Shown here piece by piece: positions 35,380 to 43,952 of a DNA stretch of 64,000 nucleotides. The translations under genes were made by a program, and so were the position numbers. Numbering within the stretch: position 1 is the first letter of the stretch; every line of letters begins with the position of its first letter. The stretch comes from a bacterium HR28. Lineage in GTDB: Bacteria; Chloroflexota; Chloroflexia; Thermomicrobiales; Thermomicrobiaceae. Below the pieces are notes generated by a model that saw only the letters and a list, made by a program, of their open reading frames with translations, was not told the origin of the DNA and searched no databases. The DNA lies in contig BEIE01000006.1 of NCBI GenBank assembly GCA_002898255.1, positions 49,251 through 113,250 of the forward strand. The letters are read 5' to 3'.

Positions 35380-37179
35380 TTACTCACTGCTGAGCGCAGT
35401 CTTCCTAACCTGTTCGGGGTCGCCCTTCCACCACATCCACGTTCCAGGCTCACCATCGAGGACGATTTCGGCCCCCGGCTCCAGTTCCCCAGCGAGCAAT
35501 GCGCGGGCAATTGGGTCCAGCACTTCACGATCGATGAGTCGCCGGAGTGGGCGCGCACCGAGCTCGCGGTCGTGCCCGGCGCGCGCGAGAGCGCTGCGGG
35601 CGCTTGGGGACAGACGTACCCTGACTCCCCAGAGACTGAGGCGCTGCTGCGCCCGCTCGAGCTGGAGGTCGACGATTTGCTCCATCGCCTCAAGGGAAAG
35701 TGGAGCGAAGAGGACGATATCGTCCAGGCGGTTGAGTAACTCGGGGCGAAAGAGTCGGCGAGCGTAGGAGAGGAACACTTCCGGCGCTCGTTCACCGGCT
35801 CCGATTGCTTCCTGAGATCCGGCGTTGGAAGTAAGCACAATCAGTGTGTTGTGAAAGTCGACCGTACGGCCATATCCGTCGGTGAGGCGGCCGTCCTCGA
35901 GGATCTGGAGCAGAAGGTTCAGTACATCGGGATGTGCTTTCTCGGCTTCGTCGAAGAGGACCACCGAGAAGGGGCGTCGCAAGACCGGATCGGTCAACTG
36001 GCCTGGCAGCCCGAAGCCAACGTATCCAGGTGGAGCACCAATCAAGCGGGCTACGGCGTGCCGCTCCATGTATTCACTCATATCTATGCGGATCAGCGAC
36101 TCTTCGTCGCCGAAGAGAAACTCGGCGAGGGCTCGAGCGAGCTCGGTTTTCCCGACACCGGTTGGACCGATAAAGAGGAACGAGCCGAGCGGACGGCGTG
36201 GGTCACCGAGGCCGGTGCGTGCCCGCCGGAGGGCTCTGGCGACGGCGCGGATCGCTGGTTCCTGGCCGACCACACGCCTGGCAAGAGCACTTTCGATCTC
36301 CAGCCAGTGACGTTCGCCACCGGAGCCGGGGGAGAGCATGTCCAATCCGCTGAGCGGTAACCCTGTGCGCAGCGCAACTGCCTCAAGTAGGCGGTTGCGC
36401 CCCACTACCGTCTCGCCATCGAGGTGTGCCAGCGCGGCTGCATGATCGAGGATCTGGAGGGCGCTGCCGGGTAGCACGTGTGCGCGCAGAAAGCGCTGGG
36501 CCAGTTGAATGGCCAGGCGCAGCGCTTCAGGCGCGAATTCCACTTGATGGTGCGCTTGCAACCGTGGCAGGTGAGCCCGTAACACGGCCTCGCAGGCTGC
36601 CTCGTCCCAGGCTGGCATCTCGATGACCTGGACCAGCATGTCCCAATTAGGAATGGACTGCGTGAGGCGTGCTGCCTGTTCGGGGGTGAGTGGCAGGACG
36701 ATTCCTCCCGCATTCAGGAGTGCGCGAAGGGCGATGTTGCCAGAGGTCGCGTCACTGTTGCTCAGACCGAGCAACTCGGCCCCTTCGAGGACGACGACCA
36801 GGCGGCCAGACCCGGCAGCAATCTCTCGGCTAAGCTGCTCTGCACGTTGCTCGAGTTCGCCACGGTAACGGGCACCGGAGACGAGACGGGCGACATCAAT
36901 CCAGAAGACCTGGTAATTGAGGAGCTCGGCTGGGGCATCACGGTGCGCGATCGCTTGGGCCAGCGCTCGCAGCGCGCTGCGTCTGCCGGAGCCAGGAGGT
37001 CCGACCAACGCGACGTTCCCTTTGAACGTGCTGCGGAGTGCGGCCGTGAGGCGCCTGGTCAGCTCGTGCCGTTGGACGAGAGGTTGTGGCTGAGCGAGCA
37101 ATGCTCTGGTGAGATCGTAGCCGTAACGGGCGAGTTCATTCCAGCGTGCCCAACCAGACCCATTCCCTCTTCGCACCAT
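35380..37179 (-). CDS. Clp/Hsp100-family AAA+ ATPase with a degenerate first nucleotide-binding domain
   Basis: D2 is canonical (FLFIGPTGVGKTELARALA, VVLFDEAEKAHPDV, sensor/arginine GARPLRR). D1 has GPPGSGRRS in place of GxxGxGK[ST] and VVVLEGAE in place of hhhhDE. No ClpN or M-domain is evident. Its ATG abuts the stop of the upstream gene (TGAATG). Confidence 0.85.
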   Translation of the reverse strand: MVRRGNGSGWARWNELARYGYDLTRALLAQPQPLVQRHELTRRLTAALRSTFKGNVALVGPPGSGRRSALRALAQAIAHRDAPAELLNYQVFWIDVARLVSGARYRGELEQRAEQLSREIAAGSGRLVVVLEGAELLGLSNSDATSGNIALRALLNAGGIVLPLTPEQAARLTQSIPNWDMLVQVIEMPAWDEAACEAVLRAHLPRLQAHHQVEFAPEALRLAIQLAQRFLRAHVLPGSALQILDHAAALAHLDGETVVGRNRLLEAVALRTGLPLSGLDMLSPGSGGERHWLEIESALARRVVGQEPAIRAVARALRRARTGLGDPRRPLGSFLFIGPTGVGKTELARALAEFLFGDEESLIRIDMSEYMERHAVARLIGAPPGYVGFGLPGQLTDPVLRRPFSVVLFDEAEKAHPDVLNLLLQILEDGRLTDGYGRTVDFHNTLIVLTSNAGSQEAIGAGERAPEVFLSYARRLFRPELLNRLDDIVLFAPLSLEAMEQIVDLQLERAQQRLSLWGVRVRLSPSARSALARAGHDRELGARPLRRLIDREVLDPIARALLAGELEPGAEIVLDGEPGTWMWWKGDPEQVRKTALSSE

Positions 37180-37602
37180 TCACGGGCCTACCTCGAACTC
37201 GAACCGTGCCTCGGAGCCCTCCGGCATGAGCATGACGATTGCTACCCAGTCACCGGGCATCGGAAATTTGATGACGCCAGTCCACTTCCCTGGGCCCTCG
37301 TAGTGCAAGGCCACTTCTGGATGGCCCATTGGCATCTCGGGCATATCGACGGTGAGGTGCGGCTCGACCTCGGTTGCCTCGACTGGCTTCCCACCTCGCG
37401 TGATCGTCACCATCAGTGACGTCCCTCTACCGCTCTTCGGCGGGTTGGGATCGAGTTGTAAGGTTACCTCGTACTCTCCGATACGCTGCGGCGCGGCCTT
37501 AAACTGCTCAGCCTCCACCCGACAGGCGGCTGTGGACAGGACTACCAGAGTCGGGAACAGCACGCTCCCGACCACCACGGAGACGACCCACCTCGACGTC
37601 AT
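37180..37602 (-). CDS. YtkA/FixH-like domain lipoprotein with a Met/His-rich site
   Basis: Signal plus lipobox (VVLSTAAC), then a beta-sandwich-like domain (YEVTLQLDPNPPKSGRGTSLMVTI...DMPEMPMGHPEV...GKWTGVIKFPMPGDW). Confidence 0.7.
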   Translation of the reverse strand: MTSRWVVSVVVGSVLFPTLVVLSTAACRVEAEQFKAAPQRIGEYEVTLQLDPNPPKSGRGTSLMVTITRGGKPVEATEVEPHLTVDMPEMPMGHPEVALHYEGPGKWTGVIKFPMPGDWVAIVMLMPEGSEARFEFEVGP

Positions 37603-37616
37603 CGCGCTTCCGCCGC

Positions 37617-38033
37617 CTATGGACGGAAGAGACCCATGTCGACGCCAAAGAGAAACAGCACCGGCATCACGATCTGCATCATCACAAAGTAGGTGAGGGC
37701 CGCAGTGAAGAGGCTCACCTTGAACGCTTGCCTCGCCAACCGCTGGGCGACTGCTCCAGGGAGCCCGCTGACCCGCCGCCGCATAAGCAGCCAGGTCATC
37801 CCAAGAGTCAGCACAAGGCCGATGAGGACAAGAATTGGTCGCAAGCCAACCGGCGAGATCTTATCGAGTGCGAAGAGTGCCGCGTTCAAACCGGCTGCCC
37901 AGGTGGCAACTGCCACCAGCCCAACGCTTCAGCAGAGGCTTGCTGTTGTGCCACCAATGAGACCAGCGGCGATAGGGGCACGCCATTCGTCGGCTGCTTC
38001 GGACATAGCCATCGGGCGGGTATCTGCGATCAT
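37617..38033 (-). CDS. MerT/MerF-like membrane protein B, candidate selenoprotein (in-frame TGA at 37929-37931)
   Basis: ATG 38031-38033 follows GGAGGG. MIADTRPMAMSEAADEWRAPIAAGLIGGTTASLC-TGA-SVGLVAVATWAAGLNAALFAL..., continuing in frame into the 99-aa track ORF. The C-U pair sits in the first TM helix, where MerT and MerF carry a vicinal CC (recalled MerF IGTTLVALCCFTPVLVILLG). Confidence 0.6.
37902..37917 (-). promoter_or_regulatory. SECIS-like hairpin downstream of the in-frame UGA
   Basis: mRNA sense GGUGGC-AGUU-GCCACC: a 6-bp perfect stem with a 4-nt loop, starting 11 nt after the UGA. Confidence 0.5.
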
Positions 38034-38042
38034 GCTTCCCTC

Positions 38043-38486
38043 CTATCCCCCCAGTCGCGGGTACTGGAAGCCGATAAGGTTCAGGATGGCCGACACCACG
38101 ACCATGTAGGTCATGTAGCCGGCTAGCGCCCAAGCTGAGAGGCGAAAGAGCGTGCGCCGGAAGACGTCGCGGTACTGTGCTGGAGGTAGCTCGCGGCGGT
38201 ACCCCCGGGTGAGCCAGCGAGCTAGCCCGAGGATGAGTAGGATCGCAAAGAGCGTGGAGAGTAGGGTGATTCCCTGCATGTTAGCCCAGGTGCGCATGAA
38301 GGTGACCGCGCCGACGGCACCGATCAGCGTGGCGACAACTGCCGCCAGCCCGCCACCTCAGCAGACAGCGGCAAGAACGCCACCACCAACAGCGCAGGCC
38401 TTACCTGTGAAGGTAACCTGGGGCTCTTCGAGCGCTTGAGCCTGCGGAGCAGGCATCGGCTGCGCATGCGCCTGCGGTTCAGCCAT
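38043..38486 (-). CDS. MerT/MerF-like membrane protein A, candidate selenoprotein (in-frame TGA at 38358-38360)
   Basis: ATG 38484-38486 follows GGAGG. MAEPQAHAQPMPAPQAQALEEPQVTFTGKACAVGGGVLAAVC-TGA-GGGLAAVVATLIGAVGAVTF, then in frame into the 84-aa track ORF (MRTWANMQGITLL...). Same architecture as protein B. Confidence 0.6.
38330..38347 (-). promoter_or_regulatory. SECIS-like hairpin downstream of the in-frame UGA
   Basis: mRNA sense UGGCGGC-AGUU-GUCGCCA: a 7-bp stem including one G.U pair, which would be a C.A mismatch in the antisense RNA. 4-nt loop, starting 10 nt after the UGA. Confidence 0.5.
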
Positions 38487-39014
38487 AGCCGCTAGCCTCC
38501 TTTCAACTCCGCCGGGTGTTATTATCATGCTAATACTCAAATACCGTTCTGTCAAGGCTAGTCCGACTGAGGCGTGCCCGATTCGTGTCTAAGGTATGTG
38601 AGGGCCGGGATTCCGGGAGGCTGAGGGGGTGCGCCAGTACCTCGATGGTTCTCCTGATCTCAAGAGAACGAGCCGCAGAGTCCTGGTGCGCGTTGGCCGA
38701 ACTCGGTTTGTCCCATTGTGGAGATGAGGCTCGGACGAGGATGCTGACGGCGCATCCTGTTCTACCTCCCTGCACCCGGAGCTACCGAGAGGAAGCACGG
38801 AGTGGCTCCCCTGAACGAGCTGGCTGACCTCTTCTGACTACAGCTGCTGGGGTTGGTCGCACACTCAACGGGATCCTGGCGCGGGTACCCAGAGTGAAGT
38901 CGGAGTAGATCCCCGCGTACCGGCGAGCGGTTAGCGATGCGGATGCGGAAGGCGGCAGCAGGCCTAGGGGCAATGCCGAACCCGATCAATCGTCGAAATG
39001 GTCGTCAAAAAGCG

Positions 39015-39040
39015 ATCGCCCCGGGAGCTCCCGAGGCGAT
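39015..39040. terminator. bidirectional rho-independent-type terminator downstream of tRNA-Lys
   Basis: ATCGCC-CCGGGAGCTCCCGA-GGCGAT palindrome, flanked by AAAAA (39007-39011) and TTTTCTTT (39041-39048). This places a U-tract after the hairpin on either strand. Confidence 0.6.
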
Positions 39041-39059
39041 TTTCTTTGCTCTGTTGCGG

Positions 39060-39132
<73 letters not shown>

Positions 39133-39718
39133 ACGGTCCGCCCACGCAGATGAGTATACGCGCGCGCAGTTCGCTGTGCAAGGGCGGCAGGAGAGGGAGA
39201 AGTCGCCTGCGTTGGGGGATAGCCCCCAGGTTGCACAGGCAGACACCGCAAGGTTGTCCGGCCCCTTGTGCACCGACGACTTGCTGCAAAGCTCGTGGTT
39301 GTTGCGATGACAGTCGTCACTGCAACCGGTGGACAGATTATAGATTCCGGCTTCCTCGTAATGCGGCATCCGATCACGATGCTCGCGGGGAGCTCGCAGC
39401 ACGGTCGGTGTTAGTAAGCAAACGGGCAGCAAACCTGCGGGAAGACTACGTCACTGAGCGGAAGCTTGTGATCGACTGCAGGAACCCCAGGGCAAGGCGT
39501 GCGGTGGCAGGAGGGTGAGAGGGGGACGGCGTTAGAGCGGGGCGACTGCGTATGAGCGACTTCGGCGGGAATACGGTGAGCACGCTGGGCGGCAGCCCGA
39601 CCTAGGGTGATGGGAATGGAGAACGTGGAGCGGCGGATTGGCCAGAGGAACCGGCCAAGCCGGAAGACGTCGCTGAAGCAGACATATCCCAGCACGATGC
39701 AGGGGGACGCTCGCGGGA

Positions 39719-40171
39719 TTAGACGGAACCTCCGGCTGTCGACGCGCGCCCGGAACGCGTTCGCCACAGGAGCCGTGCTCGGTACGCGAGTGAGGAGGTG
39801 AGGAGCACAATGCCGAGCACGCCGAGGAAGGGCTGGATAGGCGCGAACCACTGCAGTGCCCCGCTGCTACCCAGGAGCAGCAAGACCAGCTTATTGCACG
39901 TGGGGCAGCCAACGGCAAAGTAGGTGGCAATGGTGCCAGCGGCGAGCCGGCGTTCCGGAAGTGGGCAGGCGGTGGGCCAGGCGTAGGTGGCAGCCAGCGC
40001 CGCGGCCAGCGCCACTGTGACACCAAAGACAAGATAGTCGACCGTGTCGGGTGGCGTCATCCGCCCGAAGATCGGGTTCGGGACGAGGGCAGTGGGTACA
40101 CCGATGACCAGCACCGTCAAAGCAGCACCGAGGATCGCGTAGAGTACGACGCGTATGACATTTGGCTGCAC
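39719..40171 (-). CDS. polytopic membrane protein with an intramembrane CPxC motif
   Basis: 150-aa ORF with 4 hydrophobic segments and a YFAVGCPTCNKLVLLLLGSSGAL motif. Family not recognised. Confidence 0.6.
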   Translation of the reverse strand: MQPNVIRVVLYAILGAALTVLVIGVPTALVPNPIFGRMTPPDTVDYLVFGVTVALAAALAATYAWPTACPLPERRLAAGTIATYFAVGCPTCNKLVLLLLGSSGALQWFAPIQPFLGVLGIVLLTSSLAYRARLLWRTRSGRASTAGGSV

Positions 40172-40247
40172 TGAGGACTCCTCCCATCAACCCATCGGAG
40201 TGTACCAACCCGGTAGGCGGTGTTCATGATACGCTGCTCTACCGACT

Positions 40248-41588
40248 ATGGTTGGAGGGAGGAGGGCGGTGGCTGTTCGGTGGACGGAGGCGCTAGCTGC
40301 CTTGCGCTTCCGTGACTTCCGCCTGCTCTGGGCCGGGCAATTTGTCTCCATGCTTGGCACGCAGATGCAGACAGTCGCTCTGAGCTGGCTCGTGTATGAG
40401 CTGACTGGCTCGCCGGCGCAGCTGGGTGGCATGGCGCTGGCGCGCGCGATTCCGACGATCAGCCTCTCCCTGTTCGGCGGGACGCTGGCCGACCAAGTGG
40501 ATCGCCGCAGGCTTCTCCTGGTGACACAGACGTTCGCAGCGGCGTTGTTGGCTGGCCTTGCCGTCTGCGTGAGCCTCGGATGGACGGCGTTGCCATTGCT
40601 CTACACCTTTGCGTTCGCCTCTGCAGCCGCAATGGCGTTCGATGCACCCGCCCGGCAGGCGTTGATTCCTGCGTTAGTTCCGCGCGAGCGCTTGGCGAAT
40701 GCCTTGACACTGAACGTGCTCGCCTGGGATGTGGCGGCGGTCGCTGGACCTGCACTTGGTGGCCTCGTGATCGCGCGGCTGGGAGTGTCGGCAGCGTTCT
40801 GGGCCGATGCACTGAGTTATCTTGCGGTGGTGGCTGCCCTGCTGCTGATGCGGCGGGACATTCCGACTCCACAGCCGGAGCGGCGTGGTTGGGAAGCATT
40901 TACCGATGGCCTCGCCTTCGTGCGGCGACGGCCCGTCCTCTGGCAACTCATGCTGCTCGACTTCTTCGCTGTTGTTCTGGCATCTGCGACGGGGCTCCTG
41001 CCAGTTTTTGCCCGAGACGTGCTGGGAGTGGGACCGGAAGGCCTCGGCCTCTTGTTTGCCGCGCCGAGCATCGGTGCCATTGCGGGAGCAGCTCTCTTTG
41101 CGTTCCTCTCGATGCCGAAGCATCCAGGGCGAGTGGTGGTTTGGGTGGTTGTGGGGTACGGCGCGTCCCTTGCCTTCTTCGGAGTGAGCCGCTCGTTCTG
41201 GCTCTCCCTCACGCTGCTCGCTCTCTCTGGTGGGCTCGATGCCGTGAGTATGGCGCTACGGCATACAATGCGACAGCTCGCGACGCCAGATGCCTATCGT
41301 GGGCGGGTCGGTGCACTCGCCTCAGTCTTTGCTGCTGGTGGGCCACGCCTGGGTCAGTTCCAAGCTGGTCTTCTTGCCAGCGTTGTGGGGCCTGCGGGTG
41401 CGATGGTGTTGGGTGGGATTGGGTGTGTCATGGTCGCGCTGGCGACTCGCTGGTGGGCGCTCGACTTGTGGCGATACCGCGGTGAGGAACTCACTGAGGT
41501 GCATCCCGCGAGAACGCACGGTGAACGCGGCAGCGCTCCGACAGGCATGAGATCAGGAACGCTGTCCGATTTGGGAAGAAAGTCCTAG
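40248..41588 (+). CDS. MFS transporter (EntS/MFS_3-like)
   Basis: About 12 TM segments. The N-terminal FRDFRLLWAGQFVSMLGTQMQ is typical of this MFS subgroup. Confidence 0.85.
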   Translation: MVGGRRAVAVRWTEALAALRFRDFRLLWAGQFVSMLGTQMQTVALSWLVYELTGSPAQLGGMALARAIPTISLSLFGGTLADQVDRRRLLLVTQTFAAALLAGLAVCVSLGWTALPLLYTFAFASAAAMAFDAPARQALIPALVPRERLANALTLNVLAWDVAAVAGPALGGLVIARLGVSAAFWADALSYLAVVAALLLMRRDIPTPQPERRGWEAFTDGLAFVRRRPVLWQLMLLDFFAVVLASATGLLPVFARDVLGVGPEGLGLLFAAPSIGAIAGAALFAFLSMPKHPGRVVVWVVVGYGASLAFFGVSRSFWLSLTLLALSGGLDAVSMALRHTMRQLATPDAYRGRVGALASVFAAGGPRLGQFQAGLLASVVGPAGAMVLGGIGCVMVALATRWWALDLWRYRGEELTEVHPARTHGERGSAPTGMRSGTLSDLGRKS

Positions 41589-43948
41589 TGGTGACTGACG
41601 ACCGGCCCAGTAGGATGGAAGTACGCTCGGTGGAGCCGAGATCACGTGCGCCGAGAAATGAGGCGACTAGCGTGGAGAGGTCGAGCGATCTCGATCTGAT
41701 CATCATCGACCAAGATCCAGTGCGACGAGCTGCCGTTGCACGGTTGGCGGAAGCACTTGGGGTCGGCCAAGTGGTGACGCTGGAGGAATGGCCGGAATCG
41801 TTCACCTCGGCACTCGTTGAGAAACCGACCGTCGTTCTGGTTGATGGAGCGCTGCTCAGCCGTCATGCACTCGACCTCCCGACCCAGGCACGGTCCGGGC
41901 TCTTGTTCGTGGCGATGGTGCACGGTGAGTCAGGGACGACGCCGGAGTTTTTGGCTGCTGGCTTTGGTGCAGTTCTGTACGATCCGATCACAGTGGTCGA
42001 CCTGGAGCGAATCGTCGCGTTGGCCAGGTCGGTGCTAGCGCGAGAGCGCGATCGGGAGCGGCGTCAGCTCGTCAAGCTGCATGCGTTGCGGCAGGTGGAA
42101 GCCGACCTCACCTTGCTGGCCGAATTGACACCCGAGTGGTTGATGCAGAGTCTTCGGCTTCTGCAGAGAATTCTCGAGGTTCCGGCGTTGGCGGTGTGGC
42201 GGGTCGACTGGGAGAACGACACGCTTCTCAGTGAGGGGGCCGTCGGCCTCCCAGCGGCGTTTGTGCGTGAGGTCGAGCGGCAGGCGCATGGGCGAGCGGC
42301 GGAGCTCGTGCACCGAGCCCTGGAGTCAGCTGTCCGACCCGTAGATATGCGAGAAGGATCGAACGACGAGCGAGTGGTCACGGCTCCGGAAATCCGCCGC
42401 GAGACCGGGCTAGAGGCAGGGGTAGTAGTGCCGATCCGGCGCGCCGGACGGGTCGTTGCCTTGCTCTCGGTCTATCTTCGGCGGATGGAGGATTTCGACC
42501 GTGCCGATATGCAGTTGTACGACTCGGCAGCCGAGGCGTTGGCAGTGGCCTGGACCGTCGCTGAAACTCGTCGGGAACTCCTCTTGAACCAGCAACTGTA
42601 TCGTGCGCTTGTTGAGGAGCAACCGGTTGGGATTGTTCTGTGCGCAATGGATGGAAGTGTGCGGCTGGCGAACGGTTCGGCGGCTCGGCTTCTTGGCTAT
42701 GAGCGTCCGGAGCGCCTCATTGGTGTGCGACTACCAGAGGTGGTCCGAACTCTTGCTCCACTACCATGGGACGAGTGGTGTCAGCGTCCGGTCGGAGCAC
42801 CATCTGTCGGGGCGGTCATCCCTGTGCTGTCCCTTGACAAGCGGCTCCGGATTATTGAGTTCCACGCGCGGATTGTCGAACTTCCTGGAACCGGTGCACG
42901 GTGGGAGCCGCAGGTACAGCTTGTCCTTCAGGACGTGACGCTGGAACGGCGCCGCCTGATGGAGCTCGAGCTTCTGCACGATTTGACGCGGATGGTCAGT
43001 GAGGATCGCAATCTCGATGCGGCCTTTCAGATAGTGGCTGATCGATTACAACGGGAGTTCGGCTATGGGCTGGTCGGCTTAGCCCTGCTCAGCCCAGATG
43101 GGTCGCGCTTCGTGGGGCGGGCAGTTCGCGTCGAAGGTGGACTGACCTACAACGAATGGCGAGCCGACCGTGGGGTGACCGGTCGAGCGGTGCGGGAAAA
43201 CCGCGCGCAGTTCGTTGTGGATGTGCGCCAGGATCCGGACTACTTCGATCCACAGCCTGATCTCCAAATGGAGAGCGAGGTGGTGGCGGTGCTCCGTCGC
43301 AACGGCGAGCCGATTGGTGTCCTCAACATCGAGAGTAGGAGGGGCCATCGGCTCGACCAGGAGGATCTCCGGCTGGCGCTGAACGTCGCAGTACATCTGG
43401 AGCTCCTGATGCGCCAGGTGGAGCTGACGGAGCAGCTCGAGCGCCAGGCACTGAGTGATCCGCTGACTGGATTGCCGAACCGGCGTGCACTGCTCGAGCA
43501 CCTGCGGCGTGCACTCCGCGACCGCCGGGTGGAGAGCGTAGTGGTGATCCTAATTGATTTTGACGGATTCAAGACGCTCAACGACGAGAAGGGACATCTC
43601 TTTGGAGACTCGATGCTGCAAGCGGTGGCGCAACGCCTCGCGCAGTCGCTGCGCCCCAGTGATCTCGTGGCGCGCTACGGGGGTGACGAGTTCGCGGTGG
43701 TGCTCGCTGACGTGAATCTCCAGGTGGCGGAAGAAGTTGCGGAGCGGCTGCGTCAACGGATCGCAGGTTCCCCGTTCCAGGTTCACGACCAGCTGGTCAA
43801 TCTGACAATTTCGCTGGGCATCGCCGCCTATCCACAGCATGGCGATACGCCAGACATGCTGCTCCGTGCGGCCGACGAAGCGCTGTATGCTGCCAAGCGG
43901 CGCGGCGGGAATGCGGTTGCGCTCGCTGACAAGCATACGGCGCATTAA
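41588..43948 (+). CDS. multidomain signalling protein: receiver-like N-terminus, GAF/PAS/GAF, GGDEF diguanylate cyclase
   Basis: C-terminal DPLTGLPNRRAL...RPSDLVARYGGDEFAVVL has an intact GGDEF motif plus an RxxD I-site. The GTG start overlaps the MFS stop (TAGTG). Confidence 0.85.
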   Translation: MVTDDRPSRMEVRSVEPRSRAPRNEATSVERSSDLDLIIIDQDPVRRAAVARLAEALGVGQVVTLEEWPESFTSALVEKPTVVLVDGALLSRHALDLPTQARSGLLFVAMVHGESGTTPEFLAAGFGAVLYDPITVVDLERIVALARSVLARERDRERRQLVKLHALRQVEADLTLLAELTPEWLMQSLRLLQRILEVPALAVWRVDWENDTLLSEGAVGLPAAFVREVERQAHGRAAELVHRALESAVRPVDMREGSNDERVVTAPEIRRETGLEAGVVVPIRRAGRVVALLSVYLRRMEDFDRADMQLYDSAAEALAVAWTVAETRRELLLNQQLYRALVEEQPVGIVLCAMDGSVRLANGSAARLLGYERPERLIGVRLPEVVRTLAPLPWDEWCQRPVGAPSVGAVIPVLSLDKRLRIIEFHARIVELPGTGARWEPQVQLVLQDVTLERRRLMELELLHDLTRMVSEDRNLDAAFQIVADRLQREFGYGLVGLALLSPDGSRFVGRAVRVEGGLTYNEWRADRGVTGRAVRENRAQFVVDVRQDPDYFDPQPDLQMESEVVAVLRRNGEPIGVLNIESRRGHRLDQEDLRLALNVAVHLELLMRQVELTEQLERQALSDPLTGLPNRRALLEHLRRALRDRRVESVVVILIDFDGFKTLNDEKGHLFGDSMLQAVAQRLAQSLRPSDLVARYGGDEFAVVLADVNLQVAEEVAERLRQRIAGSPFQVHDQLVNLTISLGIAAYPQHGDTPDMLLRAADEALYAAKRRGGNAVALADKHTAH

Positions 43949-43952
43949 TGTG

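Noticed and set aside
38560-39000. Possible RNase P RNA, tmRNA, SRP RNA or 6S RNA in the structured spacer.
   Set aside because: On neither strand did I find the conserved strings I remember: GAGGAAAGUCCGG for RNase P, a tRNA-like GGUUCGA.UCC...CCA end and tag ORF for tmRNA, or the GGAA/AGCA SRP domain IV. I cannot call a specific RNA family without a covariance-model search.
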